A stretch of 25,594 bases of DNA from a virus (Duplodnaviria > Caudoviricetes), in the IMG/VR virus record IMGVR_UViG_3300032332_000683, positions 1-25,594 of that record. One strand, given 5' to 3'. This document shows positions 16,463 through 25,594 of this stretch, piece by piece (the stretch's first letter is position 1; each line of letters starts with the position of its first letter). Position numbers and translations under genes: made by a program. Below the pieces are notes generated by a model, which saw only the letters and a program-made list of their open reading frames with translations, was not told the DNA's origin and did not search any database.

Positions 16463-17545
16463 TTACTTTTTGAGTTTTTCTACTTCCGCACTCAATTCTT
16501 TAATTGCTTCAACCAGCAACGGAATTACTCTTTCATAGTGAATTGTCATATACTGACTGTCAACAGGTGCAGCTGCAATAATCTCAGGCAACACTTTTTG
16601 CACTTCTTGAGCGGAAAGACCAACTTCAAGTTTATCTGAATAACCAAGCGATTGTGCAATATCATTGGCTTTATAGTAGAATCCATTAAGTGATAATACT
16701 TTTTCTAAAGCACTTGGAATATTATCCATGCGATTTTTTAGTCGGTCGTCAGAATAGTATGAAGTAATGTTATTTGCAGCTAAAATCTCACCCGTGTTGT
16801 TATTTGCAGCAACACCAACACCTAATGAGTTAAATCTTACGTTTGCAGTAGTGTGAATATTCTGTGGTAATGACAATAATACGTTACCTGTTGAATTATT
16901 TGCAGTAACTTGGTTTGTTGTGCCTGTAAGTGTATTAACTACTGCACCACCAGCAATCTGATTTGCGGTTAAAACACCAGTAATTTGTGTGTTAGCAATG
17001 GTTGCAATTTGACCAGAAGTAATTAAACCGGATATCTTGGTATTTGCAAGAGAAGTAATCCAACTTGGATTTGCATATGAACCTGATGTGTATACACCAT
17101 TAGTTACTGTTACAGCATTGTTGGCAGTAAATGCATTTCCTGTAATACTTGCATTTAATTGACCAGTAGTAACAGAAACAGTTAAACCACTCAATGTGAG
17201 TGTTCCACCAATCGTTGCATTATTTGAAACACTTAATGCTGTGCCTGAACCAATAATGTTTGCACTAGTAATATTTGAACTGAGTAAGGTTGTTAAACTA
17301 TCAACACGAAGCGTATTTTGAACATATGCAGAAGAACCAACACCTTGAACACTTAACTGACCAGCAATAGTGGCATTATTTGCAACTTGTAAACCAAGCG
17401 TAGGAGAATTCAGATACAATGTACCTGTTGGTTTAATATAGTTATTTGATGCTAAATCGTTATTTTCTCTAAGGAGATTATTGGTAGTTACAACCCAATC
17501 ACCGAAGGTATTAGCATAACTTAAAAGTGATACCGTATTAGCCAT
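16463..17545 (-). CDS. Tail fibre with C-terminal intramolecular chaperone (Peptidase S74 / ICA domain), 360 aa
   Basis: YS|DDRLK autocleavage motif (Ser codon 16751-16753), then ALEKV..LNG..Y, GLSAQEVQKVLPE, Y.R.IPLLVEAIKEL. N-terminal TF.DW...TN anchor-type motif. Confidence 0.9.
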   Translation of the reverse strand: MANTVSLLSYANTFGDWVVTTNNLLRENNDLASNNYIKPTGTLYLNSPTLGLQVANNATIAGQLSVQGVGSSAYVQNTLRVDSLTTLLSSNITSANIIGSGTALSVSNNATIGGTLTLSGLTVSVTTGQLNASITGNAFTANNAVTVTNGVYTSGSYANPSWITSLANTKISGLITSGQIATIANTQITGVLTANQIAGGAVVNTLTGTTNQVTANNSTGNVLLSLPQNIHTTANVRFNSLGVGVAANNNTGEILAANNITSYYSDDRLKNRMDNIPSALEKVLSLNGFYYKANDIAQSLGYSDKLEVGLSAQEVQKVLPEIIAAAPVDSQYMTIHYERVIPLLVEAIKELSAEVEKLKK

Positions 17546-17765
17546 TTGATTTACCTAATAATTGCAACAATAGTTGTTTAATTTCTCGCATATCTTCTTT
17601 GACACCATTAATGTCAGATTTCATGGTATTTATTTCATGCCTCTGAGCAGCTAAAAGATTGCGTTTTGTTTGATATTCTTGTAAACCATTTGCATCACGG
17701 TTAATAAGAGCTCGTGATGTTGTATCACGAATTAAAGTTGTACCTGTTACTTGAACTAAGCTCAT
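17538..17765 (-). CDS. Conserved small hypothetical protein (75 aa) with C-terminal coiled coil
   Basis: V.G..LIRD..S.ALIN.D....EY motif, typical of the gene following DUF4815 proteins in T4-like phages. Overlaps the next start by 8 nt. Confidence 0.8.
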   Translation of the reverse strand: MSLVQVTGTTLIRDTTSRALINRDANGLQEYQTKRNLLAAQRHEINTMKSDINGVKEDMREIKQLLLQLLGKSNG

Positions 17766-17766
17766 A

Positions 17767-20700
17767 TTACACCGTTGTATTTACGTTAGAAGGAAGTGCA
17801 ATAGCACGCATATCAGTTAAGAATGGCACAGCAGTTTTATCTGATGTGGTTAACACAATCTTAATTGCAAATTGACTAAAATTGGTATACTTTTGACCAG
17901 TTGTGCTTGTATATGAAATAGAACCATTTGCAGTATTGTTAATTCCTGGTGCAAATGCATATTCATACACATCGGTTCTTAATTGTGAATAAGTTGAATC
18001 ACCAGAATTGATGATGGTCATTAACTGCCATTGACCTTCTTCAAATTTCTGTGTGTCATTTCTATTCAAAAGTTTGTAATAAACATTAATATTGGTATTA
18101 ACTGGTCGATAAGCACTTAGATAAACAATTAAGTCACCAGAATCAAATCCTGCATCCAATACAACTTTCTTAGTAAGATACTTAGAAAAACCAGGACCGC
18201 CAGCAGCAGAAGTTTCACCAGTAAAGATTGCAGTAGCATTTGTGCCTGGAGTTGTATTAGCATCAGCAATCGTAATTGTTGGTGTTGTAATATAACCAGA
18301 ACCTGGATTAGTAATGTAAATGGATTGAATTGTTCCGTTTGCTACGTTAGCAGCCGCAGTAGCTTGAACACCGTTTTTACCTGTTGGAGCAGAAATAGTA
18401 ATTGTTGTATTGCCAGTAATATTATTACTGTAATTTGTACCAGCATTTGTAATAGTAATTAAACTATTTGACAATTCACAATTATTGATATTCCATTTAA
18501 CTGCATAGGTTGTTAAACCTGCATCAGAAATAACAGGAGATACAGTATCATCGGTTGATGTTAATTGTGCATATAAAGTAAATGAATTATTGGTATTTGC
18601 CAATAGAATTCTTTCGCCTTTACCATCATTTAAATAAACATCTTCAGAAGTTGCAGTACCAAACTTACCTGGAGTTACGTTGGTGATTGGTGTAATTGAA
18701 CTATCAGAAGCCAATGTTGCAGAATAGGAGTAAGAAATTCCTGTTGTAGTTGGAACAAAATCAGTTGTGGTAATATTAAATGCGTCAACTAAAATATCAT
18801 TGTTTGAAACCGCATCAGCAGTAATTGAAATATTATTTGCGTTTAATTGATATTGCAACGATTGGTCAATCAATGTTCTTTGTGGTAATTTTTTAGGAAC
18901 AACATAAGAAATTGTTGGAGCCGCACTTGTATTAAATACGCAACGATCCAAAGTAAACATTAATGATTGATTTTGGTCAGTAGTCCACGTTTGTGCATTT
19001 TGTGACAAGAACAATGAACCAACATATGGAGCAGAACCAATTTTAGTAAGTATTGAAGGTGTTGCATCGGTTGGCAAATTCTTAATAGAAGAAGCAACCG
19101 CAGTATCACCACCAGCAGCCGACCATAATGTGTATTCGTTACTATTTGTTTTCAACATAAAGGCATACAATACACCAGGTTGAATATAAATTGGCGAATT
19201 AAATGCAAATTTGGTTGAAGCTGTAGTATCCAAATATTGTGGAGATTCTGAAACAACAATATCACTCGGATCTAAAGTAACAATAGAATGATCCAAAGTT
19301 TCACCATTTGGATAACCATTTAATGTACCTACGATTGACAAAGTAACTGGAGTATTATCTGTTGCTTTGGTTCTAAAGAAAACTTTGATAGAATCCAAAA
19401 ATAAACCATTTGGATAATTATCTTTAGAAATGATAAATGTTTGTGCAACAGGATCATAAGGGCTATAATTAGTTACAGTTGAAGTAACATTTCTATTCTG
19501 TGATGATGTAAATGTTCCTCTAGCACCTGCAGGTGAAGCACCAAAATCAAGTGATTGTTGCGTTGTTTGTAATCCTTCTGCAAAATATGTGCTTTGTGCA
19601 AATGATGTTGAAGAACTTGGATTTGCATTTACACCATTATCAACACGGAATACTCTTTGACCTGTATGAAATACATTTCCTGGTAAATTAAATATACCAT
19701 AGAAAGCACCAATTTCATCGGTAGTAAATGAACCTATTGAGTAAATATCTGCATTTGCAGTTACTACTGATGTTGACAAGAATGCTGTTTGATTCGCACC
19801 AATGTAATTTGTAATGGTTGCAGAACCGCCTGTACCAGTATTAAAATAAATCGTATTACCTGTGTAATAACCATCAGTTGATGATGCTAATACACCTAAT
19901 CGAACTTTGTTAGAACCTGAGCCATAAGAATTTACAAGGCGGCCACCAAAGTGTGAAGATGATACAAATGTACCTGAAGGTTTTACATAGCCATATGCAG
20001 GATAACCACCCGGACCAAAAGCATCCATTGCAAGCTCAATTGTTCCTGTGGTTGTATATGTTGTTGTGTATGGATCTGCCGCAACATACAATCGTGTATT
20101 GCTACCACTAACTTTTGTACCAATAATTCTAGCGGTACCAGTAAATACGCCACCGCTTGTATAACCAATTACACCATCGTCAGGGAAAGTACCAGTTACA
20201 TTTGACAACTCAATGACGTTTGTTTTACGAACATATTGTTTTACATCAACATTATCAAACAAAGTTTCAACTGGAGTATTAAACAATAGTTGTTTTGCAC
20301 GAACCGCTACTTGTTGAGCACGAATAAATGGTAATACTGAAATGTCAGTAATATAATTATTATTAAATGCGTAGGTGTTATCAATTTTATCATATGCACC
20401 AACGGTGGTAGTTCTTGATTGTTGTAAATTAGTAACTGTTGTTGTTGCTACATAACCAACACCACCAAATGGAGACCAATTAATACCGTGGCCTTCAACT
20501 GGCCCGGATGTTGTTGTGGTTGTTGTACCTGAAATTGTTTTCCAATCTCCACCAGAAAGAACATTTAATGCTTGTGAATTGGCACGATAAATTTGCAAAT
20601 TAGGATCAACAACCAATAAAGCCGGTGCATAGTTTGTATCAACCCAATTATCTACGTTTGGAGATAACGTTAATATTCCTTCTCTTGAAACAAATGAGAA

Positions 20701-23700
20701 AGGATTAAGATTGACTGCTCGTGAAGCAACCTTTTGAACCACAGCATTTGCGGATGTATATGGTAAAGTAAAGAAATTTACATAACCATCAGATTTAACT
20801 GAAAATCCTAAATTGTTTAATGTTGTGGCTGAAGGTTGCGCTAAATTATAAACTAAAGCACTTGATTTTAATTGGAAGTTTTGAACTGCCTGAGATGCAG
20901 TCATTTTACCTTCACGGCGATTAATTGTTGCAAAATAATCTGGATTGTTTGTATCTGCCGTTGCAAAGCCAGAAAAGTCATCTACTAAAATACCATTTTT
21001 AAACCTATTTAAACCAAATGCATCAGAAATTTGTAAGTTCTGTGCGTTCTGTTCCAATAAAGATAATGATGTATAATATTCTACATTGTTAATTCTATCT
21101 TCAAGACCTGCAATATCTTGCATTGTATAACGCTTGTGTTTAACTTTATCAATACTTAAATCGGGAACGAATCCGTTAGGTGCTTCTGTTGGAACATAAC
21201 CTGTATAAGGATTGTGTGTAAGTTTTGCAATTACTAATGCACCATCTGGTTCAGCTGGGAATATTGGATTGAGCGAAGGTGTTCCTTCAATGATACCAAA
21301 ACTTCTATCCTTAGTTAAAATAAGTTTATCTTTTCTTCCAAGATAATAAGAGTAATCACCAGTAAATGTTGATAAGTCAACAGGTAAAAATACACCTTTG
21401 TTTGATGCACCATTAGAATAACGTAATGACCATGCGGCCGTTGCATTTGTTCTTGCAGGCCTAAAGTCAATACAATCTCTCAATGAGTAAACTGTACCTG
21501 ATCCGGCAATGTATTGTGTAATTTCTTGATAGTTTTCATTGGTGTAAGAATTTACACTAAAGAATCCGTCACCACCTGAATGCTGATAGTAATCAACCAT
21601 TACAAGAATATTACCAACTGGTTGTGAATAACCAGGTTTTAATGTAAGGAATCCGTGGCCATAATGGTCATCTTTTTGATTACGATTAAAAACATAAGAA
21701 TTAGTAATATCATAAGTGGCATTTGTTAACATTGCCAACGTAGGCGCCGTATTAGCATCTTTGGTATCAATAATCTTAACAACTCTCTTAACATCTGACA
21801 AATATAACGATTGTTTTTGACCAGCTGTTACCAATCCACCTTTTCTGATGTAAATTTGGCCAGTAGATGTTGTGGTTGTGTCATCAACAAAAGTATATGC
21901 ATCAACAGCAGTATTACTTGAATTAATTACGGTAGTGTTTGCACGAATTAAAAGTTTGTTTTTAAGAATATGACCAGTATTTTGTCCGTTTTGAACATAT
22001 ACTTTTGCATAAATTGTTGCAGTAAATGTACCACCAACATCGGTAGCAGTAAGTGTTGCAACAGATGAATCATTATTTAAAACAATACTACGACCAGCAG
22101 TTGTCCAAGGAACATTGTCACCAACGTTTAATGTGCAACCAGAACCAATAGCAGTTACAACAACTGTATAGTTTTGTTTTTTAACATCACTTGAAAGTGT
22201 TGAATTTCCAGATCCAAAATGTTTGACCACATTAAGATAATCACCTTGATAGTTTAACTGTGCAGCAAAACCTGAACCGGTAGAAGTAAATGCTACGGTT
22301 CTCCATACTTGTTGTGTAGTGTAGGATGTGTTTATTAATGTTGAAATATAAGGACTTCCGACAGTAAATATTAATTCTGGTACTGTTGGATTTTGTAATA
22401 CTGTATCACCAATAGTGTTATTGCCTTGTTTGCCTACGTTATTAATATTTGCAGTAGCAGTAATTGTTGCAGGATAAGAAGATTTTGTTGCAGCAACCAA
22501 AGTTTCAATATCAGCAGTATTGAATAACAATGTGAAAGCATCGTTTGCTGAAGGTGTTACTGTCCAGTTGGTGTTTAATGTTGCAACTTTTGTTACACCA
22601 TTATATGATGCGATGGTTCTAATATCACCAGCATCAGCACCAGAAGTAATTGTAATTTCAACATTTTTATATGCATCGTTGGCAGATGAGAATGTGTTTG
22701 GTAAAGTAATTGTGCTGGCCGTTGCAGCAACAAGAGTATTACTTAATGCTTGATTTTGAATAGAACTTACATATGCTTTATACACATAAGTATTTGATAA
22801 TAAATCGTTTGAAGAACTATTGTAAATTAAACCACGAATATTTGCAGTTGCAACTAAAGTAGAATTATATGTTAATGCGTTGGCCGTTGCAATGTTTGCC
22901 GCTGTTACGCAATGTAAATCAATTTGACCATATGTTGTTGTATCGAAGAAAGAAGCATTTGCACCTTTTACAGTATCAACATAAAAATATGAACCATAAT
23001 CAATAAACACGGGAGCATTATTTGATGTGGCTGTTGTTCTTGCTCTTTTTGAAGTAATATCGGTTGGTGATTGGTTTTCTAAACGATAACCGTGAACATA
23101 TGCAATACCTCTACCAACACTCATCAAATAGGTACTATTGGCTGCATCAGCAGTATTTGCTTTTGGCGTTAATTTAAAATCATTAACAATGTAGTCGCCA
23201 TTAGTTTCATAATCACGTTTAGCAAAATAGTCATCAATTACGTTGTAAACTGTGCCATTAACAATTTTAATAATTTCACCAGCATCAATACGAACCAGTT
23301 CAATGAATGTGTCATCGTTACCTAAAGATAATGGACGAGTTTCAAGTGCAAGTGAGATTTTATAACGGTCTGCGCCTGGTGCTTGATAGTTTGAAGCACC
23401 TACCGCAGGATCCAACAATGTTGCATCTTGTGTAAATCCAATGATAGATTCGGTAATGTTTAAACCAACACGAGCTGAAGGAGTATTGCTATATTTTGAA
23501 ACCACAACAGTTTGTGGATTAACTTGAACGAATGTTCCGTTAGAAATTTGAATGCCATCAGCACGGGTATAATTACTAGAAATGTAAAATACACCTTGTG
23601 CAATAGAAACAACTGAACTTAAACCAGTAGAAGCACTAGTAGCGGCTTTAGCGATTGCATTTGAACCAGTAACGTAGATAACATCACTATCAGTAAATTG

Positions 23701-24099
23701 TGTACCAGTTTTGTAAGAGAGAATTAATGTAGCTGGATCGGCAGTAGCAGATGTTCCTGTGGCTGCAATCGCAACCAACACTTTAGCTATTACTGTACCT
23801 GTTGCATTTTGAACAGTTTGACCATTAAATTGAGTAATATCAATTGGAACATTATTATATGTTGATTGTAACTTAACATAAGAACAATTTAAGTTCGTGG
23901 TTAATTGCCCACCAGTTACAGGAGTATTTTGTTTGAAAATGTTGTCCGCAAACTTGGTAACTTGGTCTTGCAGGATAGTTTGTGCCTGTGTTAACTCACG
24001 AGCTTGAACCGCATAACCAGGTTTAAAAAGAATACGATGGTAATTTTTCGATGGATCAAAATCATCGTAGTATGGGTCAACATTAAAATTCTGCGGCAT
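17767..24099 (-). CDS. Large baseplate-associated structural protein, DUF4815 / VrlC-like (2110 aa)
   Basis: Hallmark N-terminus FNV.PYYDDFD..KNYHRILFKPG.AVQARELTQ.QTILQ.Q. Also APGADRYKI.L, KRYTM.DI..LE.RI..VEYYTSLSLLE, RFKNG.LVD.F, DP.AQTF, and C-terminal F..FAIKIVL...P...DMRAIAL. Lies next to gp8. Confidence 0.88.
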   Translation of the reverse strand: MPQNFNVDPYYDDFDPSKNYHRILFKPGYAVQARELTQAQTILQDQVTKFADNIFKQNTPVTGGQLTTNLNCSYVKLQSTYNNVPIDITQFNGQTVQNATGTVIAKVLVAIAATGTSATADPATLILSYKTGTQFTDSDVIYVTGSNAIAKAATSASTGLSSVVSIAQGVFYISSNYTRADGIQISNGTFVQVNPQTVVVSKYSNTPSARVGLNITESIIGFTQDATLLDPAVGASNYQAPGADRYKISLALETRPLSLGNDDTFIELVRIDAGEIIKIVNGTVYNVIDDYFAKRDYETNGDYIVNDFKLTPKANTADAANSTYLMSVGRGIAYVHGYRLENQSPTDITSKRARTTATSNNAPVFIDYGSYFYVDTVKGANASFFDTTTYGQIDLHCVTAANIATANALTYNSTLVATANIRGLIYNSSSNDLLSNTYVYKAYVSSIQNQALSNTLVAATASTITLPNTFSSANDAYKNVEITITSGADAGDIRTIASYNGVTKVATLNTNWTVTPSANDAFTLLFNTADIETLVAATKSSYPATITATANINNVGKQGNNTIGDTVLQNPTVPELIFTVGSPYISTLINTSYTTQQVWRTVAFTSTGSGFAAQLNYQGDYLNVVKHFGSGNSTLSSDVKKQNYTVVVTAIGSGCTLNVGDNVPWTTAGRSIVLNNDSSVATLTATDVGGTFTATIYAKVYVQNGQNTGHILKNKLLIRANTTVINSSNTAVDAYTFVDDTTTTSTGQIYIRKGGLVTAGQKQSLYLSDVKRVVKIIDTKDANTAPTLAMLTNATYDITNSYVFNRNQKDDHYGHGFLTLKPGYSQPVGNILVMVDYYQHSGGDGFFSVNSYTNENYQEITQYIAGSGTVYSLRDCIDFRPARTNATAAWSLRYSNGASNKGVFLPVDLSTFTGDYSYYLGRKDKLILTKDRSFGIIEGTPSLNPIFPAEPDGALVIAKLTHNPYTGYVPTEAPNGFVPDLSIDKVKHKRYTMQDIAGLEDRINNVEYYTSLSLLEQNAQNLQISDAFGLNRFKNGILVDDFSGFATADTNNPDYFATINRREGKMTASQAVQNFQLKSSALVYNLAQPSATTLNNLGFSVKSDGYVNFFTLPYTSANAVVQKVASRAVNLNPFSFVSREGILTLSPNVDNWVDTNYAPALLVVDPNLQIYRANSQALNVLSGGDWKTISGTTTTTTSGPVEGHGINWSPFGGVGYVATTTVTNLQQSRTTTVGAYDKIDNTYAFNNNYITDISVLPFIRAQQVAVRAKQLLFNTPVETLFDNVDVKQYVRKTNVIELSNVTGTFPDDGVIGYTSGGVFTGTARIIGTKVSGSNTRLYVAADPYTTTYTTTGTIELAMDAFGPGGYPAYGYVKPSGTFVSSSHFGGRLVNSYGSGSNKVRLGVLASSTDGYYTGNTIYFNTGTGGSATITNYIGANQTAFLSTSVVTANADIYSIGSFTTDEIGAFYGIFNLPGNVFHTGQRVFRVDNGVNANPSSSTSFAQSTYFAEGLQTTQQSLDFGASPAGARGTFTSSQNRNVTSTVTNYSPYDPVAQTFIISKDNYPNGLFLDSIKVFFRTKATDNTPVTLSIVGTLNGYPNGETLDHSIVTLDPSDIVVSESPQYLDTTASTKFAFNSPIYIQPGVLYAFMLKTNSNEYTLWSAAGGDTAVASSIKNLPTDATPSILTKIGSAPYVGSLFLSQNAQTWTTDQNQSLMFTLDRCVFNTSAAPTISYVVPKKLPQRTLIDQSLQYQLNANNISITADAVSNNDILVDAFNITTTDFVPTTTGISYSYSATLASDSSITPITNVTPGKFGTATSEDVYLNDGKGERILLANTNNSFTLYAQLTSTDDTVSPVISDAGLTTYAVKWNINNCELSNSLITITNAGTNYSNNITGNTTITISAPTGKNGVQATAAANVANGTIQSIYITNPGSGYITTPTITIADANTTPGTNATAIFTGETSAAGGPGFSKYLTKKVVLDAGFDSGDLIVYLSAYRPVNTNINVYYKLLNRNDTQKFEEGQWQLMTIINSGDSTYSQLRTDVYEYAFAPGINNTANGSISYTSTTGQKYTNFSQFAIKIVLTTSDKTAVPFLTDMRAIALPSNVNTTV

Positions 24100-24108
24100 T
24101 TTTTTCCC

Positions 24109-25470
24109 TTAATAACCTAAAACAAATTTGAATTGTTCTATTCCGTCAGCACTTCTTGTAACAGCGCTTCTATTTTGAATTGCAGCAAGATAACCTGAGT
24201 ATGCAACAAAATTTGGTTGACTAATACCCAATACTGTTCTTGCCGTTCTTGATACACTTCCATAACCTGAAAGATTGGTTATTGGAATTCCTTTTGTATT
24301 TATTAGCTTTACCACATTGGTTGTTGAATTAAAACTCAATACTGTTGCAGAGAATGTTGCACCATCGAGTGATGGGCCTTGATAAAATACTTCATCTGGA
24401 ACAAAAGCACCAAAACCTGTAGCTACTGTAATATCAGTTGTTGTGCTGTAAATACTACCGTTTGCTGGATATGGCGAACCACTCTTTGTGGTAGGATTGA
24501 TTAGAATACCAACTTGACGATAATCAATATCAGTTGGAATAATACCACCTTCAGTACCATTAAATTCGGCAGTCAACATTACGTTGGAACAACCCAATTC
24601 TGATACGTTGTCAAATGCATGGCCGCCAACAGGACTGATAGGACCAATCAAGGATGCATTTGCGCCAGTAGAGCTAACAATAGATATAGCCGCTGTTGTA
24701 TAATTCGTTCCTGAGTTCGTTACAGTAATATCGGTAAGTATACCACCAGTAATATTAGGAGTGGCAGTTGCACCGGTACCATCTCCAGTAATTACCACTT
24801 GAACCGATCCATCATTTGGATATCCACTACCACCATTTATAACATTGATTACTTCAATATCACCTCTGGCAGCCGTAGATTGTAAAGGATTAGGAGTATG
24901 ACTACCAATAGGAACTGGTATCCAAGTGCTATCCATAAAGGTTTTCTTTGAACCCACATCGATGGTATACATATATTTCCATTTGTATCCATCGGTATCT
25001 TGGTAAATATTGTTTGTTCCGTAGTTTCCTGGTTTGAAGAATGGCTCGTTTGTTGATGCTGCGCCATTATTATTCCACAAACACTTGAAAACTTGGTCGT
25101 AACGATTTCTTACAAAAAAATGTTTAAGTAAAAATCCATTACTATCTTTTGCAAACATATCAACATCATCACGGTAATAATCATATACCGTACCAGAAGT
25201 CCAATCATTTCTTTCAATTACCGGACTAATATTGTTTGACAATATTTCTTTGGCTGCAAACATATTAGCAAAAACACTTCTCAAATAAACTTGGCTTTGT
25301 TCAGGTACGGGAGGATTAAGGTCATCAGCCCAAGGAAGAACCCTAGAAAGAAACACATAAGTTGTGCTAATCGGAGTACCAGTGATTGGCAATACCGCAG
25401 TAGGTGAGTAGTAAGTTTGCTCTACTTGAGCAACTTTTGCATTATATGTAAGTAGTGATTGATTTGCCAT
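24109..25470 (-). CDS. gp8: T4-like baseplate wedge subunit gp8
   Basis: Motifs YVFLSR..PW....PP.P, R.DW.SG..YD.Y, VFKCL.NN, DGYKWKYMYTI, G.IP....YRQVGIL.NP and C-terminal NR....RS.D..EQFK.VL. Confidence 0.88.
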   Translation of the reverse strand: MANQSLLTYNAKVAQVEQTYYSPTAVLPITGTPISTTYVFLSRVLPWADDLNPPVPEQSQVYLRSVFANMFAAKEILSNNISPVIERNDWTSGTVYDYYRDDVDMFAKDSNGFLLKHFFVRNRYDQVFKCLWNNNGAASTNEPFFKPGNYGTNNIYQDTDGYKWKYMYTIDVGSKKTFMDSTWIPVPIGSHTPNPLQSTAARGDIEVINVINGGSGYPNDGSVQVVITGDGTGATATPNITGGILTDITVTNSGTNYTTAAISIVSSTGANASLIGPISPVGGHAFDNVSELGCSNVMLTAEFNGTEGGIIPTDIDYRQVGILINPTTKSGSPYPANGSIYSTTTDITVATGFGAFVPDEVFYQGPSLDGATFSATVLSFNSTTNVVKLINTKGIPITNLSGYGSVSRTARTVLGISQPNFVAYSGYLAAIQNRSAVTRSADGIEQFKFVLGY

Positions 25471-25474
25471 GATT

Positions 25475-25482
25475 TATTTATT
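25475..25482 (-). promoter_or_regulatory. T4-type late promoter box AATAAATA upstream of gp8
   Basis: Near match to the gp55-recognised TATAAATA. Overlaps the upstream stop codon and lies 4 nt before the ATG. Confidence 0.65.
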
Positions 25483-25594
25483 AAGCCTTGGTGATAGCTA
25501 CAAAGGTATTTTGTGCCGTAGTATCAATACACATATATCTAACTAAAATGGTTGAAGTTGATGGAATATTATATGTCGTTGCATTAACTGTCGA
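25481..25594 (-). CDS. C-terminal end of an upstream structural gene (partial)
   Basis: Open frame from the window edge: STVNATTYNIPSTSTILVRYMCIDTTAQNTFVAITKA*. Same strand and codon style as its neighbours. Confidence 0.7.
   Translation of the reverse strand, partial: STVNATTYNIPSTSTILVRYMCIDTTAQNTFVAITKA

Noticed and set aside
11893-25067. Nested alternate-frame or antisense ORFs, including 14796..15353 (185 aa), 16290..16538 and 22520..22753
   Set aside because: They overlap well-supported minus-strand genes, mostly use non-ATG starts and have mirror-codon composition.
1-25594. Stop-codon reassignment
   Set aside because: Standard-code ORFs tile the window almost without gaps and no gene appears split at TAG or TGA.

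Overview
This AT-rich window is one uninterrupted minus-strand block of late structural genes from a large T4-like myophage (Caudoviricetes), probably uncultured. The host cannot be determined from this sequence. In transcription order (right to left) it encodes a partial ORF, baseplate wedge gp8, a 2110-aa DUF4815/VrlC-type structural protein, a 75-aa conserved small protein, a fibre with an S74 intramolecular chaperone, a 112-aa BppU-N-like adaptor, and four consecutive proteins ending in D(G/A)G(T/S)F. These are followed by two paralogous cassettes, each a modular fibre ending GK(A/T)(I/L)A, a ~119-aa 'PNI(V/I)N' protein and several glycine-rich adhesin-like proteins. T4-type late promoter boxes (ATAAATA) sit at gene junctions. 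I found no RNA genes, CRISPR array, mobile element or reverse transcriptase. The most notable signal is that short terminal peptides and small domains recur in matching numbers and order across about 14 genes. This suggests a plug-and-socket code that builds a branched tail fibre displaying at least five, probably six, different polyglycine adhesins, with DNA-level signs of tandem gene amplification. The motifs are seen directly. The assembly model is inference, and family names come from motif recall, not database searches.
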